A DNA stretch of 64,000 nucleotides, from contig NC_087245.1 of assembly GCF_037042905.1 (NCBI RefSeq), positions 42,720,001-42,784,000 on the forward strand, written 5' to 3'. The number at the start of each line of letters is the position of its first letter. Positions within the stretch are counted from its first letter, which is position 1. The notes below the pieces were generated by a model. That model was not told where the DNA came from. It searched no databases and saw only the letters and a list, made by a program, of their open reading frames with translations. Source of the stretch: Lytechinus pictus (taxonomy: Eukaryota). Shown here piece after piece: positions 24,759 to 39,200 of this stretch. A program made the translations under genes and the position numbers.

Positions 24759-27700
24759 GATGAAGATTTAGATTCATCAGATCCCGACGTTCATGATGAT
24801 GGTCCTTCTGCAATTAAAAAAGTATATTATATATATATTTTTCTAGTTAAAATGACTAACAAATGCGAGTTTTGATTTCCCCCAATATGACTTTCTTTAT
24901 GATTACTGAAAATAAATTTACACCCAAAAGCGAGTCATATAAATTAGTTAATTAGATCGTATATATGACACAAGTAATGCCATAGGACACACAATATAGT
25001 TCAGTCCATCAAAGGGAAATGTAAAGTGGTACGGTATGATTTGAAATTCATTAACATGATTTCACTAAATAAATAATCCGAGCACGAAACGCAAGCTGAA
25101 TTTTTGTAACATATTGACCTCAAGATGGGACATTTTTAGGGACAATTCGCAGAAATTATGGACTCAATACGTATCTCAATAAATTGATAGTGCAAGCGCG
25201 AAGCGCGAGCAGACATTTTTGGATAATTCGATCTGTAAAATTGACATTTTTTAAATCGTGAACATGAAACGTATCTCCGGAACATGTACATTAAACAATT
25301 GATAAGAGCTCAAATTTGTGAGCGGGACATTTTGATAAGCGTAATTTTTCATTGTGAACATTAAACATGTTTCCGGGACATGCTATTAAACGAAATAATG
25401 CGAAAGTGCGAATCGCGCGAGTTAAAAACTGAGATACATTGACCTGGAAACAGAACATCTTAAGCACATGTCATAATCCTGCATGGGATATCTCCTGGAC
25501 ATCATTATACAGAATATTGCGAGCGCAAAGCCCGAGCTGAAATAATTAGTTTTATTAGTTTTCTTTATTGCACTTAAAGCACCGAGAATTCGTTGATTAG
25601 GAGCATGTCACAGATGATTATAGACAAAAGATAGCACGTGGAAAATAAACATTTTAAGCGTGAATTTTTCAACATGTAGTTGATTGCTAGTTACTCCTTA
25701 ATTATCATTCATGGTTTGGGGGCACTCATTTATGGTAGGGATACAAAAAAGTGACATAATTATCATTCACATAAAACGTTATTAGACAAAATGATTTTAG
25801 TAAGAGACGAAATCATTCACCTACCTTCTCGCATCATATTGCAGTGAGATCAGCGGCTTGCACACACAAATTTTGTTCGGAAACTATCTACGTATTCGAA
25901 GTCATCGATTCCCGCCAAATTAAAACTTTCGAAAGAGATCATCATTAAGTCACTGAAGGGGCATCCCTTTCTATTGTCTCGAGATTGTTACCGACTCAAT
26001 CTACATGTGACGCTATTTATAGAGCCAGTTGAATTTGATTTTCGTCAGTTACGATCCTGTTTATTCATTTCAGAAAACGGAGATCATATCGATATTTTCG
26101 TCTCAAGAGAGTTCATTATCATCCATGCAGAAAATAACATTTGTTCAATGGTTCGGATGAAAGATATATCTTGTAAAATTGGAGTTATGTAGTTTTTCGA
26201 CCTTTCCGATGACTCAGCAGCACGAACAATGATGGAACGAACCTGATCTTCATATCCAAGTAATCAATCGACGAAGCACAAAGGTGGCTTTATCTCCAGG
26301 AGCGGTTTAATCATCGCAATAAACCGAAACACATCCATAAACATTCCACTTCACACATCAGCACCAAATTCAGTCGTCAGCCAAAAAGAAAACGAAAGAA
26401 AAACCACACGAATCACTCGGCATCATTCGTGTAGATTTTAGCAACGAGCACGGGCGGGAAAATAAGCACAACGTCCATCTCAAAGTCTCGCCAAAACAAA
26501 CATCAAGGAGAGGGAGAGAGCGCTGAACATCTTTTCCCAATATTCCCTCGATCCCGCCTAAAATCACCGGTGTTTGACGTATGGGTTACCTTGGGTTTCC
26601 GATTGTTCCTGTAACTCTTGCCAATTCAGTTAGATCATCCGAGTTAGCGACTCCGGCAATGGTTAATTTGCTCACCCCAGGTATTCCACTACTGGGCAAG
26701 GGCAAAGTTGATACCCTATAAGCCGTGGCGTAATTAGCCATCCTCTGTTGCAGAAGAAATGCTCACACCACCGGGAGGCACATGGGACAATTTTGTTCAG
26801 GGATTTGGACAGTGACGCATATCCCAAGATCGGGAATGTTAAAAATAGCCTTCACTTGAATGAGCACCAGATACTTTTGAGATGTAAAAATGATTTGAGC
26901 AAAGATTGATAGAGGTATATACGGATGAAAGTGGACATAAAGCATGAAGAACATGCATGTGCAATAGATGAACTTGCTTGAAGCAGTTCTCCTCCACTAC
27001 ATCTCTTCCAGTCCCACCAGTCCTCCCAAAAAGGGAACAGGGAACAGGGCCTAAGTTCCACGACCAAGCCTCCGCCCCCCCCAAAAAAAAAGGGGGGGGG
27101 AGGAAAGAAAAGGAAAAGAAAAAAGGTGGAATATGATTATCTATATTATCTTTTTAACATTTAGCCAAAATCTATGGCGAAATGATTTCATCACATTTCG
27201 TCACATACGCCATGTTGTGCCCCTATTTTTTTTTCTAGTTTATTTTTTTTTGCCGCCTCCACAACCACGGTACAACTCAATACCATCGCGATAAACTGAT
27301 AAACATGTATTTACTTTTAACGTAGCAGTGAACCCCAATTTTGGCAAATAATGGGTTTTATTTCACTGCTACTCCTTGATATCATGGGTAAGAAAAATAG
27401 ACGTTAGGTGGACTTAGGCCTCTGTTGAAGTACTGAAGATGTCTGAATTGAATTTTCATTTACATTAGTTTGTGCCACATGTCCTCAGCTCCAGCTGGCA
27501 CAAACATCAAAACGGAATTTATGTTTACCATGGATATAAAAATGTTCATTTTGATAAAAAAAAAATATTCAAAAGGATTGAAATGTATCTGTTCTATTAT
27601 CATAGACAAGAAAATGCATATGTATTAAGCGAATATTCATAACAACATGCGATGTTCCTCAGTGAAACATTTTAGGTCCATTTGTATTCATGGTTCACAT

Positions 27701-28734
27701 GAATTAAATGCTTATTTGTTTGAAAGACTGAATGCAAAGTTGATTCTTGATAATAAGCTACTTTTATCTTTACCATATTATATTCATGTTAAATTTTGGT
27801 TTAACCCAAAAGTCTAACTTGGAAAAAAATGTTTTTGGGATATCAAAACTACGTTCATTGAACAATCTCAAGAAAAACTTCTGTTTAAACGTTATACATT
27901 TTAAGTTTCATACCATAGTTTATGTTCTTCCTTGGTGAAATAATCTTTATTCCAGGCAAATTCTTGTGGGGCTTGCCACTTACACAAACATTTTTTTTCG
28001 CAAGCCTCTCCACTCAGATCAACCAATGTAATTTTCCATTTCGTTCAGTTCCCTTTTTCACTTTACTGATGATAATTGTTTAATTTCACACGATTGATAC
28101 TGAACTAGATTGTTTGTAATATATTTAAGTATATCAAACTGATAATATAATAAACTGAAACACAATTTAAAAATTCAAGTAAATCTAAATGTAATCTGGT
28201 ATCGATAACAAAGCGATACGAACACAAGTGCAAGACGCATAAAATGTTTGTTCATACCACTTTATTAAGAGAATATATTACATGACAAATGACTACATTA
28301 TTTTATCACTTGTATTTGGGCAAGGAATTTTTGTAGGCTATCCAGCGAATACTGTAAAACGCTGCGATCGTTTGGTATATCGTAGTCTAGATAAACAAAA
28401 AAATGTGTTCATAAAATTATGACCAAATAATAATGAAAAATACCCGTTACATCCTTAGCTGTACTGAAATGAGCGACGTTGAGCACGGTATATATTTTAG
28501 TTTATTACATTGGTATAATTATTGAAATTTTCTCCCTAATCAGATGATATTGAAAGAATATATGATTATGAGAAACAGAGACGAGAAGCAAATAAATATC
28601 AATCAGACCACTATTCTTTTATCATCCAAGTGGGATGTTGCCCCCTCCTTCATTTGACGCTGGTGAATGTTCTTTCATGCTAGCCCGTGCGTATTTATTA
28701 TGAAGTGGAACATTCCATTCGTGATTTAGGTTGG

Positions 28735-31700
28735 TTAAACATGTCCTTTAAGGAGGGGCTCCATGCTGTCTTGAACTAAATCGTCCTGATTAACAGAGGG
28801 CATTACCCGGGTTGTTAATGGTGTTGGTCTTCTGTTAATAAAACCATATAAAAAGATGCATGAATTAATACGTGTAAAACGACATTTTCCAGAAAGAAAA
28901 AAGAGATTACAGTAACTGAAATTAATTATAATGAAGTCGAAAATAGAGGGCCAAATTTTAGGTAGACTGCGTTTGGATTAAAAGACGAAATAGGATATTG
29001 CATTGGGAGGATCGTTAAAGTTAAAACGACATTTCAATCATATTGATTCCAGATATTTATAAAGTGCTCATTGGTATTACAGAATAATAGTTTACGCATA
29101 ATATATATACCTGTAGGCCTAATACAATCTGTACGTTAATTTACTTTTCAGAAATATTGTTGACACATGTGCTAGGGCTTTGTTAACCAATTTAAAAACA
29201 AATCTTTCACGACGAAAAATAACGGTTGGGACCCAAAGAATTCGAAAAAAGAATTACATGACTGCGGATACTGGAATAACGAAAAGGGAGAGAAAACAAA
29301 TAGATGAAATTCATATTCCGGAATTGTTATTTAGCCTCATTTTTTGCTCTTTAGTGATATTCATCCGTATTTGTTTTCTTCAATAGAATGATTTACATAA
29401 GACTCGGTCAATACCTTTGTTGAAAGCAGAATTCGCCTAGAGTGAAAAGGGCCACTATGATTGCTACGCCAACCTGTATGCCACCGATGACGGTTGCAGA
29501 CCAATCAAAGCTATACAGATGTACAACCAAGCCACCTATAGACGGTCCAACGAAATTCCTGTCAGTCGGGTATTACAAATAGAAAAAAAAGGAAGATTAG
29601 AAAATGGTTTTCCTCATGTGAGTAGAGGTAACAAATGGCCTATATGTGAGAAGATCATGATCTTTCAATGAAGGATCGAAAATTGTAATTATTAGGCTTA
29701 CTCTTAAAGGTAAGCTAATTTCGGGTAATTTGTGTGATTTTTTTTTTATAGTATCGGGGATATTGATTGTTGTCTTTTGTTTGGGATTATCATTCTAGTC
29801 CTTGAAATCACCATCCCACCCCCACAAATACCCCCATTTAATGCGCAATATCGTAATTATGTAGGTGACTGTGGACTGACCTAAAATTAAGTTAACGTTT
29901 TACTCGACAGCAGGAATTTCCAAGCATATGACTCGATGATTATAAAATAATCCGGATAGTCATCATGGTCATGACAATCTTAAAGGCATCTTGGTAAGAT
30001 GTCAACATGTCAGGTGGAAACATTAAACAACGATATCCAACGTGTAATTATAATTGCTTTTCTACAAGGTATAAAACCCTGATAAACTGACAAACTACAA
30101 GCACCTATAAAAGACGTTAACATACCCAAGAGCTAATAAGCTCGAGAAAATTCCGGAAACGACTGCCTGGGTGCTCATATCATCTGGAAAACCATTCTTC
30201 CTGCAGTCATGTTGGAAGAGATTTTTGAAATGAAGAGAATAATGATTTATACAGCTATTTCAAATTAATCTGAACTTCTTCTCATTCGTTTCGATATTTC
30301 AAAATTATACATTTGAAATTTATATTTGACATGCCCTACTAAAAATGAAAAGAAGCGATTTGTCTGTCTATGAAACAAAATGAGGGGGGGGTGGTTAAGG
30401 AGAGCCATTTTAAAGAGTCCAGTAATGATGACCTTCATTATGAAGCAAAAACACTACTACATTACGGAAAAATAGAATAGGATATATTGTTTGACGGCCA
30501 TGCACCGTTGCAGCGAATTCAAGGAGGCGCAAAAGTAACATAAATTTTTGGGACAGCCAATACGTTACATAAAAAAAAATACTTGAAATTATGAGATTGG
30601 TACTCAGCTTGGCGCAACTGACATGTCTAGACATATTTCTAAATATTTATAATTAAATATTTATTTGTGGTGTAACTTGAATATAAAAAAGATAGCCAAA
30701 TATGGCTAAAATTATAGTTGCACACACCTAACATTTTCATTTTTAACTAGTTCGGAATGTATCTAGATGCATGTAGAAAAAGTCACCTAAGAAGGGTGTT
30801 CAGCCCCACTCTTAATATTTATTGCATATTTGCGTCCATATCCATCGAATGGATATTATACCGTACAATGCTTACCCTGAGTTTACTTCATTCCTTATGG
30901 ACGTAGGATAAAATGAAAATACGTTTAACAATATAATACTTACATCGCTGAGGTAAGATAATCATTGAAAGAACAAATGACAGAAGCTGAGAGGAAGATG
31001 CCACATAGGGCCAAGCTCAGGCAAATAATCCACAGTTCACTGGATAGAAGAACAATGGAACATTTGCATAAAAATACATCATATGACTTGTCTGAAATGC
31101 TGTATAAAATAAACCTATCAACTTGAATGAATCTATTTCGCCATGGTAATGGAGTTAATAGGCATTCATATTATTCATTCTGTGCACTATTTGGCCATGA
31201 TTATTATAGCTAGACCTTACTCTACTTACCAATGATTTTTTTAATTTGATTATATTTTTAATGCCCATGTGAATTTGTTCATCAATTTTTTTTGTTTTGT
31301 TTTTGTAAAAAAACACTGCGTTTCATTAGCCTATATCTTTACTTTGGGCGCATTTAGGGAATAGTATTTACCCCGCATTAATGCCAGTTTGTAGACCAAA
31401 TTAGATGGCGTGTTTTTTTTTAAGCATTCAGTTGATATTTTGGCCGTAAAGATAGAGCCTTATGCAATCGGCAATGCTATACTAATTAATTAAAACTTAC
31501 TTTGGAAGATTCAGAAGGGGCGACGGTCCCATCAAAAGAAAAGCTCCTCCACTCATTATAGTTCCAATGATTATCATTAAACGAGATATATTCTGATGAA
31601 TAATACATCAAAAATAGTAAAATAAAATCAACATTTTCATCAATATGGATTGTCTGTAAGAGAAATGTCTGTCGATAATAAAGAAACGTTTTGAAAGGGA

Positions 31701-32012
31701 TTCAAAGTGCATCACGTTCAGTGATCAGTAAATCTCTTCATGCTAGGAAGAGATCACTTCAACAAATTCTCAGGAGTCCATTTGCGCTACAGAAAACATC
31801 TCCAACATAGGTAAAATGTATCGATGTGCACTGACAAACATTTCAAATTATTTGATTGATTATATTGTAATTACTGCCAAGCTTTCTTAACACCTCGGAA
31901 AAATATGATATTCGCTTAACACCTCGGAAAAAAAAAATGATCATTTAACATACAGATTTATGTCTACTCCCCTTTTCTCACACCCCCTTTTCTACCCCCT
32001 TCTTCCCTCTCT

Positions 32013-32065
<53 letters not shown>

Positions 32066-33042
32066 GCATACCAAATTTTTTTTTATACATTTGTAATATC
32101 CTGAAGATTTTTCCACATCTTAACATTGATACAGATCCATTGCAGCAAATGACGATATAACTGTCGAAAAATATTTCCGCTTGAGTGAGCACCACTTACT
32201 TTTGAAAAGTTAGTGAAAAATGAATTGCGCAAAACTTTGAAATAGTTATGCGAATAAAAGTAGACCTTAATCATGAAGAACAAATAGAATTTAGCTAGTA
32301 AAATTGATTTGAAGATATCTTTTACCTTTTTAACTTGTTTCCTTGCCCAAAACACTGCGAATAGTGCCATTGCGCCCCACCCCACTCCCCCACACACCGA
32401 GGCCATCGTGACGATATTTGCTTTACACTGAGCTGTGATTTTCATGAAATGGCTTAGGCTTGATTTTCATTTGGTTAATCATTGTCAAGCTTGGGAAAAG
32501 TGTGGAGAAACAAATATTAAATGAAAAATGAAATGTAAACCCACTTTAAGTGATAAAAACTTAGTTAAAAAATGTGGGAGATGTCTGATATAAGCTTTTG
32601 TTTAGATTTAGTTATGTCCTCAGATCCAGCTGGCACAAAAAGGGTAAAGGTTGTGCTTAGTAAGTGTTACATTTTTAATTTTTGGTGGCAAATTGTTACA
32701 ACATACTTGCATGTATCTGTTTTATTTCAATTGACTCAAAGTGAAAGGGTGGGGTATGAGAAATGCTTCGCAAGGTATGAGAAATGCTTCGCAAGGTCAG
32801 TTTGATTTCGCCTTTTCCCCTTGACACAGCATGAAAACGAGCATTTCTGCGCTAACAGATTTCTGCGAGCTTTTCAAAAATGGACAGTGCTCACTCAAGT
32901 CTAACATTCTGTCAAAATGTTTACTTTCATTGGATAGATGAGACCCAAACCCAAGAATATATGTGGAAAAAATACCCACATGTTGTATATTTTTTAATTT
33001 CCAGGGCTTTTTCAAAGTGTAAACTTTTTTTGATACGCACTG

Positions 33043-33089
<47 letters not shown>

Positions 33090-33732
33090 AAAGTTATACA
33101 TGTACAACAGCTTTGGCAACTCTTTTTTATTTAAATATTGTAAAGAAATTGATGAAGAGAACAATGGTAGGCGTAGCTTAAATCAAGGTTCCCCAGAGCT
33201 ATCTACCCTTTGGAAAAATTGGCAATGCCGAAAAAATGTCTCTGCCGGGAATCGAACCCGGGCCCCCAGCTTTGAACGCCGGTGCCTTAACCACTAGACC
33301 ACATTGTTCTCTTCATCAATTTCTTTACAATATTTAAATAAAAAAGAGTTGCCAAAGCTGTTGTACATGTATAACTTTACACATTTGTATACGTTCCCCC
33401 TACGTGTACTGTATCAAGGCAATAGCTTTGATCCAGCTGAAGCATGGCGGCTTGTCATTGTTCGAAACCCACCTTCACCCGACAAAGGAAATTATAATTG
33501 GTATAGTGTCGAAAATTTGTCTATCTGACGGTCAATCGGATCGGGGTCGCCCTAGCCACTAACCCGTCCCTGTGGTCTAGTGGTTAAGGCACCGGCGTTC
33601 AAAGCTGGGGGCCCGGGTTCGATTCCCGGCAGAGACATTTTTTCGGCATTGCCAATTTTTCCAAAGGGTAGATAGCTCTGGGGAACCTTGATTTAAGCTA
33701 CGCCTACCATTGTTCTCTTCATCAATTTCTTT

Positions 33733-33806
<74 letters not shown>

Positions 33807-36160
33807 TAAAATATATAATCTGTTCCTACCAGTTTCTCCGCCATCCAACCCCAGAAGGGTGAGCTTAAAGCATAGCATCCTCCAGACAGCAAGAAGAGTA
33901 GACCCACTACCATAGCGCTCTGTGTGAACTGCTCCACGTGAAGGGAGAGGGTGGGGTCCAAAAACCCAAAGGATGCGCTCCCAACGAAGATACTTAGCCC
34001 AACGGGCCAGACAGACGGGATGCGAAGGAAATCGGAAATGGAACCAGTTTTCATGTCCTCACTAACTGCCGAGTTCCGGTCATGGAAAATGATAGAAATT
34101 CAAATGTACGTTCAACTTTTCATTATTCACGATAATTCAAACTGAAAAGATAAAGGCTCGTATTCTCAATTCCAGTTTATTAAAAAATCTGTTAAGTATC
34201 AAATGGACTGAAAAATTGAACATTCAATATTATTTTGAAAAAAATGTAGTCCATGCAGCTGTCCATAGTAAAAACAACAACTTTGGTGTGGAGCTAAACT
34301 TGTAGGGGTGTTCTAGTCTGAAAATAAATATACCTTAATGAAAAAGGGTAAAATTGGCTGAGCAAAAAAAATAATCTGATTACAAATAACGAATTTACTG
34401 AATTTGAATGTTTATCAATATTTTGTGAAAACCGTTATATGCATACCGTCATGACTATGCATTAGTTTGGCCGATGATGTCATATCCCCACTTTCCCTTT
34501 CCTTATGTTATTACATGAAGACATCCTTATTAGATATTTTCATACAACGACTGAAATGTTCAATGATAAAGTACGTATATAAGTATTTGTCATTAATAAG
34601 CTACTAATATAAGTTATATGACGAGGTACGTCCTGATCGTTTCCTACCTATTGGGGGCAGCAACGCTAAGCCGAGTACAACACATACCAAGTCAGCGCAT
34701 CCAAGCACTATAAATGGAATCTTGTAATCGTTACCTCCAACCTATGTGTGTAAATGAATAAGTTAATGAAGAAAAAGCCTGTCATTTTACATTGAGAAAA
34801 AATAACAACAAAACTATAACCAAATCAATTAACCATATCTGCACACTTGTTCATTTTACTGACACTTTAACCCCCCCCCCGAAATTTTGCAAACAAATTT
34901 CCCAAAGTGTGCACGATATTTTTGAATTTCACCCTAAAAACCCCAAATCGCCCATAGCAAGTTTGCTTTCTACGCTAACTCGCTTTCGAGTTTTTTTTTT
35001 TTTTTTTTATCTGCGTCACCCCCCGGAAATTATCTGCGTACATCCATGGGGGTGGGGAGTTTGATGGAAAGTCACGCATTTTGAAGTCATTGTATGAAAT
35101 ACCTGAAATTTAACTTTACTCGTGATTATATGTCTGCCTATTCAAAAAGCCACTCCTATTTGTGACAAAATCAAAAGCATTAAAAATGTTCATTTGTATC
35201 CTGCATTTCCAAACTGGACCTTAACTGAAAAAAAAATTCTACATACTACCAGGAATTGGTGATGACAATGATGAAGACGATAATGATATGATGATGATGA
35301 TGATAGCGATGATGTTGATGGTGGCGATGATGATGATCATGATGATGATGTTGATGATAATGACGGTGATGACAGAGATGATGATGATTAAACTGATGAC
35401 GATGATTGTGATGATGATGCAGATGATAGTGATGACGGTTATGATGATAATAATGATAATGATGTGATAATCACGATAAAAATAGCAAAAACAATGTTAA
35501 CAAAAATATCTTACAATCCTTCTCCATCTTCTCCATTATACTATGCCTCTACAAAAATTTTGCAATTACTTGGTCTGTTTGATTTAAGCTCTCGTTATAA
35601 TTCTTACCTCATAGAGGAAACCACCAATGACAGGCCCAACCATGTATCCAAGACCACCAAAAGTCTCCATTAAACCCTGCAATACAATTAAAACAAATAA
35701 TCATTCTTAGGAAAACGTGGATTTCATTAAATATGATTATTCATTGTACAGTGAGCTAAATGTGCAAGACGAAAGAACATCTCAACACACATTAGACTCA
35801 CCACGGGGTGGCACGAGTATCAGTCTAAATGTCAACGTTTTTAAATAGTCAGTTGGTTTATTTGACTTAGTAGTGGCATGCAGACCTATTAATGGAATGT
35901 TCCCCGGGGAGTGGAGGGGTGCATACATTGTATACGGTCATGTCAGGATCTGTTGACTCGGGCGATAACATTTAAAGCGTGGTTAGAAACGTCGCGACGC
36001 GTCCAGACGTTGTGATGTTTTAAGAACAATAAACGAATTATTATTATTATCATTATCATTATTTTCATTGTTATTGCTATTATTATTTTAACTATTATCA
36101 TTATTATTATCATTGGTATTATTATTATCATCATTAGTAGTAGTGGTTGTAGTAGTAGTA

Positions 36161-36220
<60 letters not shown>

Positions 36221-39200
36221 TGGTAGTAGTAGTATATTTGTTGTTATTATATCATTGCTTTTATTAATATCATTATCATGATGATGATGATGATGATTGT
36301 TATCATTATAATTATTATCATTATTATCATTATTGACCTAGAGTCTTTCCTGTCCTGCAATCTAGCCATTTGCATGACTTACTATTGTTTGAGCAACATG
36401 ACCAGGAAACGTCTGAGCGGCTATGGTGAATGAGGCGGTCACGGCCGCAGCGGTACCCAAAGCTGCGGTACAGCGGACGACGTAACAGAAAATTATAAAC
36501 GTTAAAGTGGACGTTATTTCGTCACAAAATCTGCAAATAAGAGAAAATATCGCCTGTTCATCGTTTGTAATGAATAATGGATAATTATGGAGTGGTGGTT
36601 ACCACAAGGAATAGCAGTGGTAGGGGTCGCGGAACTGGGGTGGGGGCAGGGTCGGGCTTCAGACCGTTATTTATTGTAATTAACGTGCACTAAATTACCA
36701 TCGAATAGTGATTTTGTTTTGAATGGCAAGCCCCCCCCCCCCTTCGGTTTATACCCCGTTTCAATCTGTGGCCCCTGAGTGGTCCCGATGCCGGGTAGGT
36801 ATATCCGTAAAAATACGGAGTAATGAATGATAACAAACACAAATGAAGAAACATATGGGTGTCATTTTATCATATAAATCCTTTTCAACAAAAAATATTG
36901 AGTAGAATTATCCGTTTTTTTAATGATCAACCAATCCAACTGTTCTGCATTTTTCGATAAAATCCCTTATGCTACCATTACTTGTTTCTTTCTTCTTTTT
37001 AATCATTTGCTTATTCGGTGAATTTTTACCAAAGATTGGTCAGTCGCCTCTGGGTGAACCATATACAAAACCTAAAGGATTTACAGAATTCAACGTGTTA
37101 TAGCGGGTTATCAGTTAGCTGATTCAACTAAATTTATTTGACACGTTCGTTCACCTAAAGGCATATAATAATATTATATACAGAGAATGTTTGAAATGCG
37201 TCCTAAGCCCCCCCCCCCAGATAACACCACATATTATGAGAGGAAAGTTATTTTTAGGAGATTAGATTTGTTAAGAAAGTGTGTTGAATTAGTTGGTGGA
37301 GCGTCCGTCTCACAACTGGGAGGTCGGGAGTTCAAGCTCCAGCCGCGTCAGACCAAGATAGACGTTAAGGGATGGGAGTTGCTGCTACCCTGTTTGGCTT
37401 TCAACGCTGCTGATGCCCAGCAGTGGCGTAGCTATGATTTTTTCCTGGGGGGGGGGGATATTTTTGCTGTGTATGTGTCACAGAGGCGGATCTAACTTTC
37501 GCCAATGAGGGGGTGGGGCCGATCGGCCGCTCAAAGTTGATATTTATTTGTTTGAAGGGGTAGTCCTCACAGTCACTTCTTAGCTTTAGTCTTATAAAAC
37601 AACAAAAAATATAAAATAATCTCATATGAGCCTTATATAAAAAGTGCGAGTGCGAAGCGGGAACTATTTTTTTTTTACTTTCATGCATTTTGTCCTTAAA
37701 ATTTAACATTCTGGGCAATGTTTGTTATCCTGAACAAGATGCGTATGTAACTAGATAATTACCACGAACGCCAAGCGCGAGCAGAAATTAATTTTAATAA
37801 ACGCTCTGGCCTGATCGAAAAGGGACCTGTTGAGGACTGTTTGCAATTGCCAATGAAGATAATACATATTTCAACAACTAAAAAATGCGAGCGCGAAGCG
37901 CGAGCTAAGAATTTTTGACATTCCGACCTAAAAAATTGTCATTCTAAGCACTTTTCGAAATCATGAAATGGAAAGGTATGTAAACATTTGATACGAGCGC
38001 GAAGCGCGAGCGGTACATAATTTAGATTTTAGACCTAAAAACCGAGAGCGAAAAATTTGTACAGTGACATGAAAGATTTTTTATTAATAATTAAAGAAAT
38101 ATTAAAGTCTTCCCCTCACCTTATTTTATTCACTCGTCTTCCTCCTCTTAAGCCTTATTTTATTATTATCTTTTCCTTTTTTTCTTTCTTTCTCCCTTTT
38201 TTTTTTGCTCCACCAATTTTTCGGGGGGGGGGGCACCTGGAGGCACACAAAATCTCAGCCCCCCTAGCTAAGCCACTGATGCACAGTGGCTGCTAGGTCA
38301 ACGATAAATTGGGCAAAATGATTTTTCAGATATTTTTGTTTCACACCCAGTAACTTGCATACCTACCCGAATAGGATGTTACATCCGGCTACTATCCAAA
38401 CCCCGGAAACGAAGGTGAATTTTGCACCAAGTTTAGGAAGCTGAGTGGGAAAACAACAGGGAAATACTCTTAGATATGGCCACAGATTAAAATCTTAACG
38501 ATTTTTTCCCAACAGTTTGCATGTACTAAATATACTTATATACAGTGGGATTTAGAATTGAATTGGTTGCTTCCTTAATTTATAGGCCTAAGTGTATATA
38601 TATATATATATATGCTGATTTGGTAGAACAGTTAGGGTTCTGACCTTTGCCGAAGTTATACCAACGGAAATGACTCCAAGCTGACCTATGCGGAGTATTA
38701 ACGCAACATAGTCCCCGCTGGAAAACACATTGTCACACAGTGTGATCAGAGTGTATTCACATGGTGGACTATGTGAAAATATTATTCTTAAGTAGTAGTT
38801 AAAAATTTTTGAAATTCAACAATGCGAAGATATTTTCACATTCACAGCGTGTTCACATATTCGATTATATGAATATGTGATTCACGCTGTTCACTGTAAA
38901 AACTGTGGTGTTAAAACTGACACCAGTATATGTTAATAGACGACCACACCCTGAAGTGTTAAAACAACATCCTAGAGATTGAAAATAACATCAAAGAGTG
39001 TTAATGTAACAAACAAAGGTGTTGTAATATTTAACACATATAGGTGTTAAACTAAGACTGTCAATTAACACCGGTGTAAGATAACCGATGTGGTCCTCTA
39101 TGTACACCGGTTAAAACCTCAGTTTTTGCTATGTTGGAATACTGAAAGGGATGGTCCAGACTGGAGATATTTATATCTCAATAAATAGAGTGAAATTCAC

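Noticed and set aside
25825..26750. Possible non-coding first exon/promoter of the sialyltransferase
   Set aside because: CpG-richer sequence and a minus-strand donor (GAAG|GTAGGT near 25825) are suggestive, but boundaries cannot be supported without transcripts.
33566..33637. Selenocysteine tRNA gene
   Set aside because: It lacks the long variable arm and extended acceptor stem of tRNA-Sec and sits inside a repeat unit.
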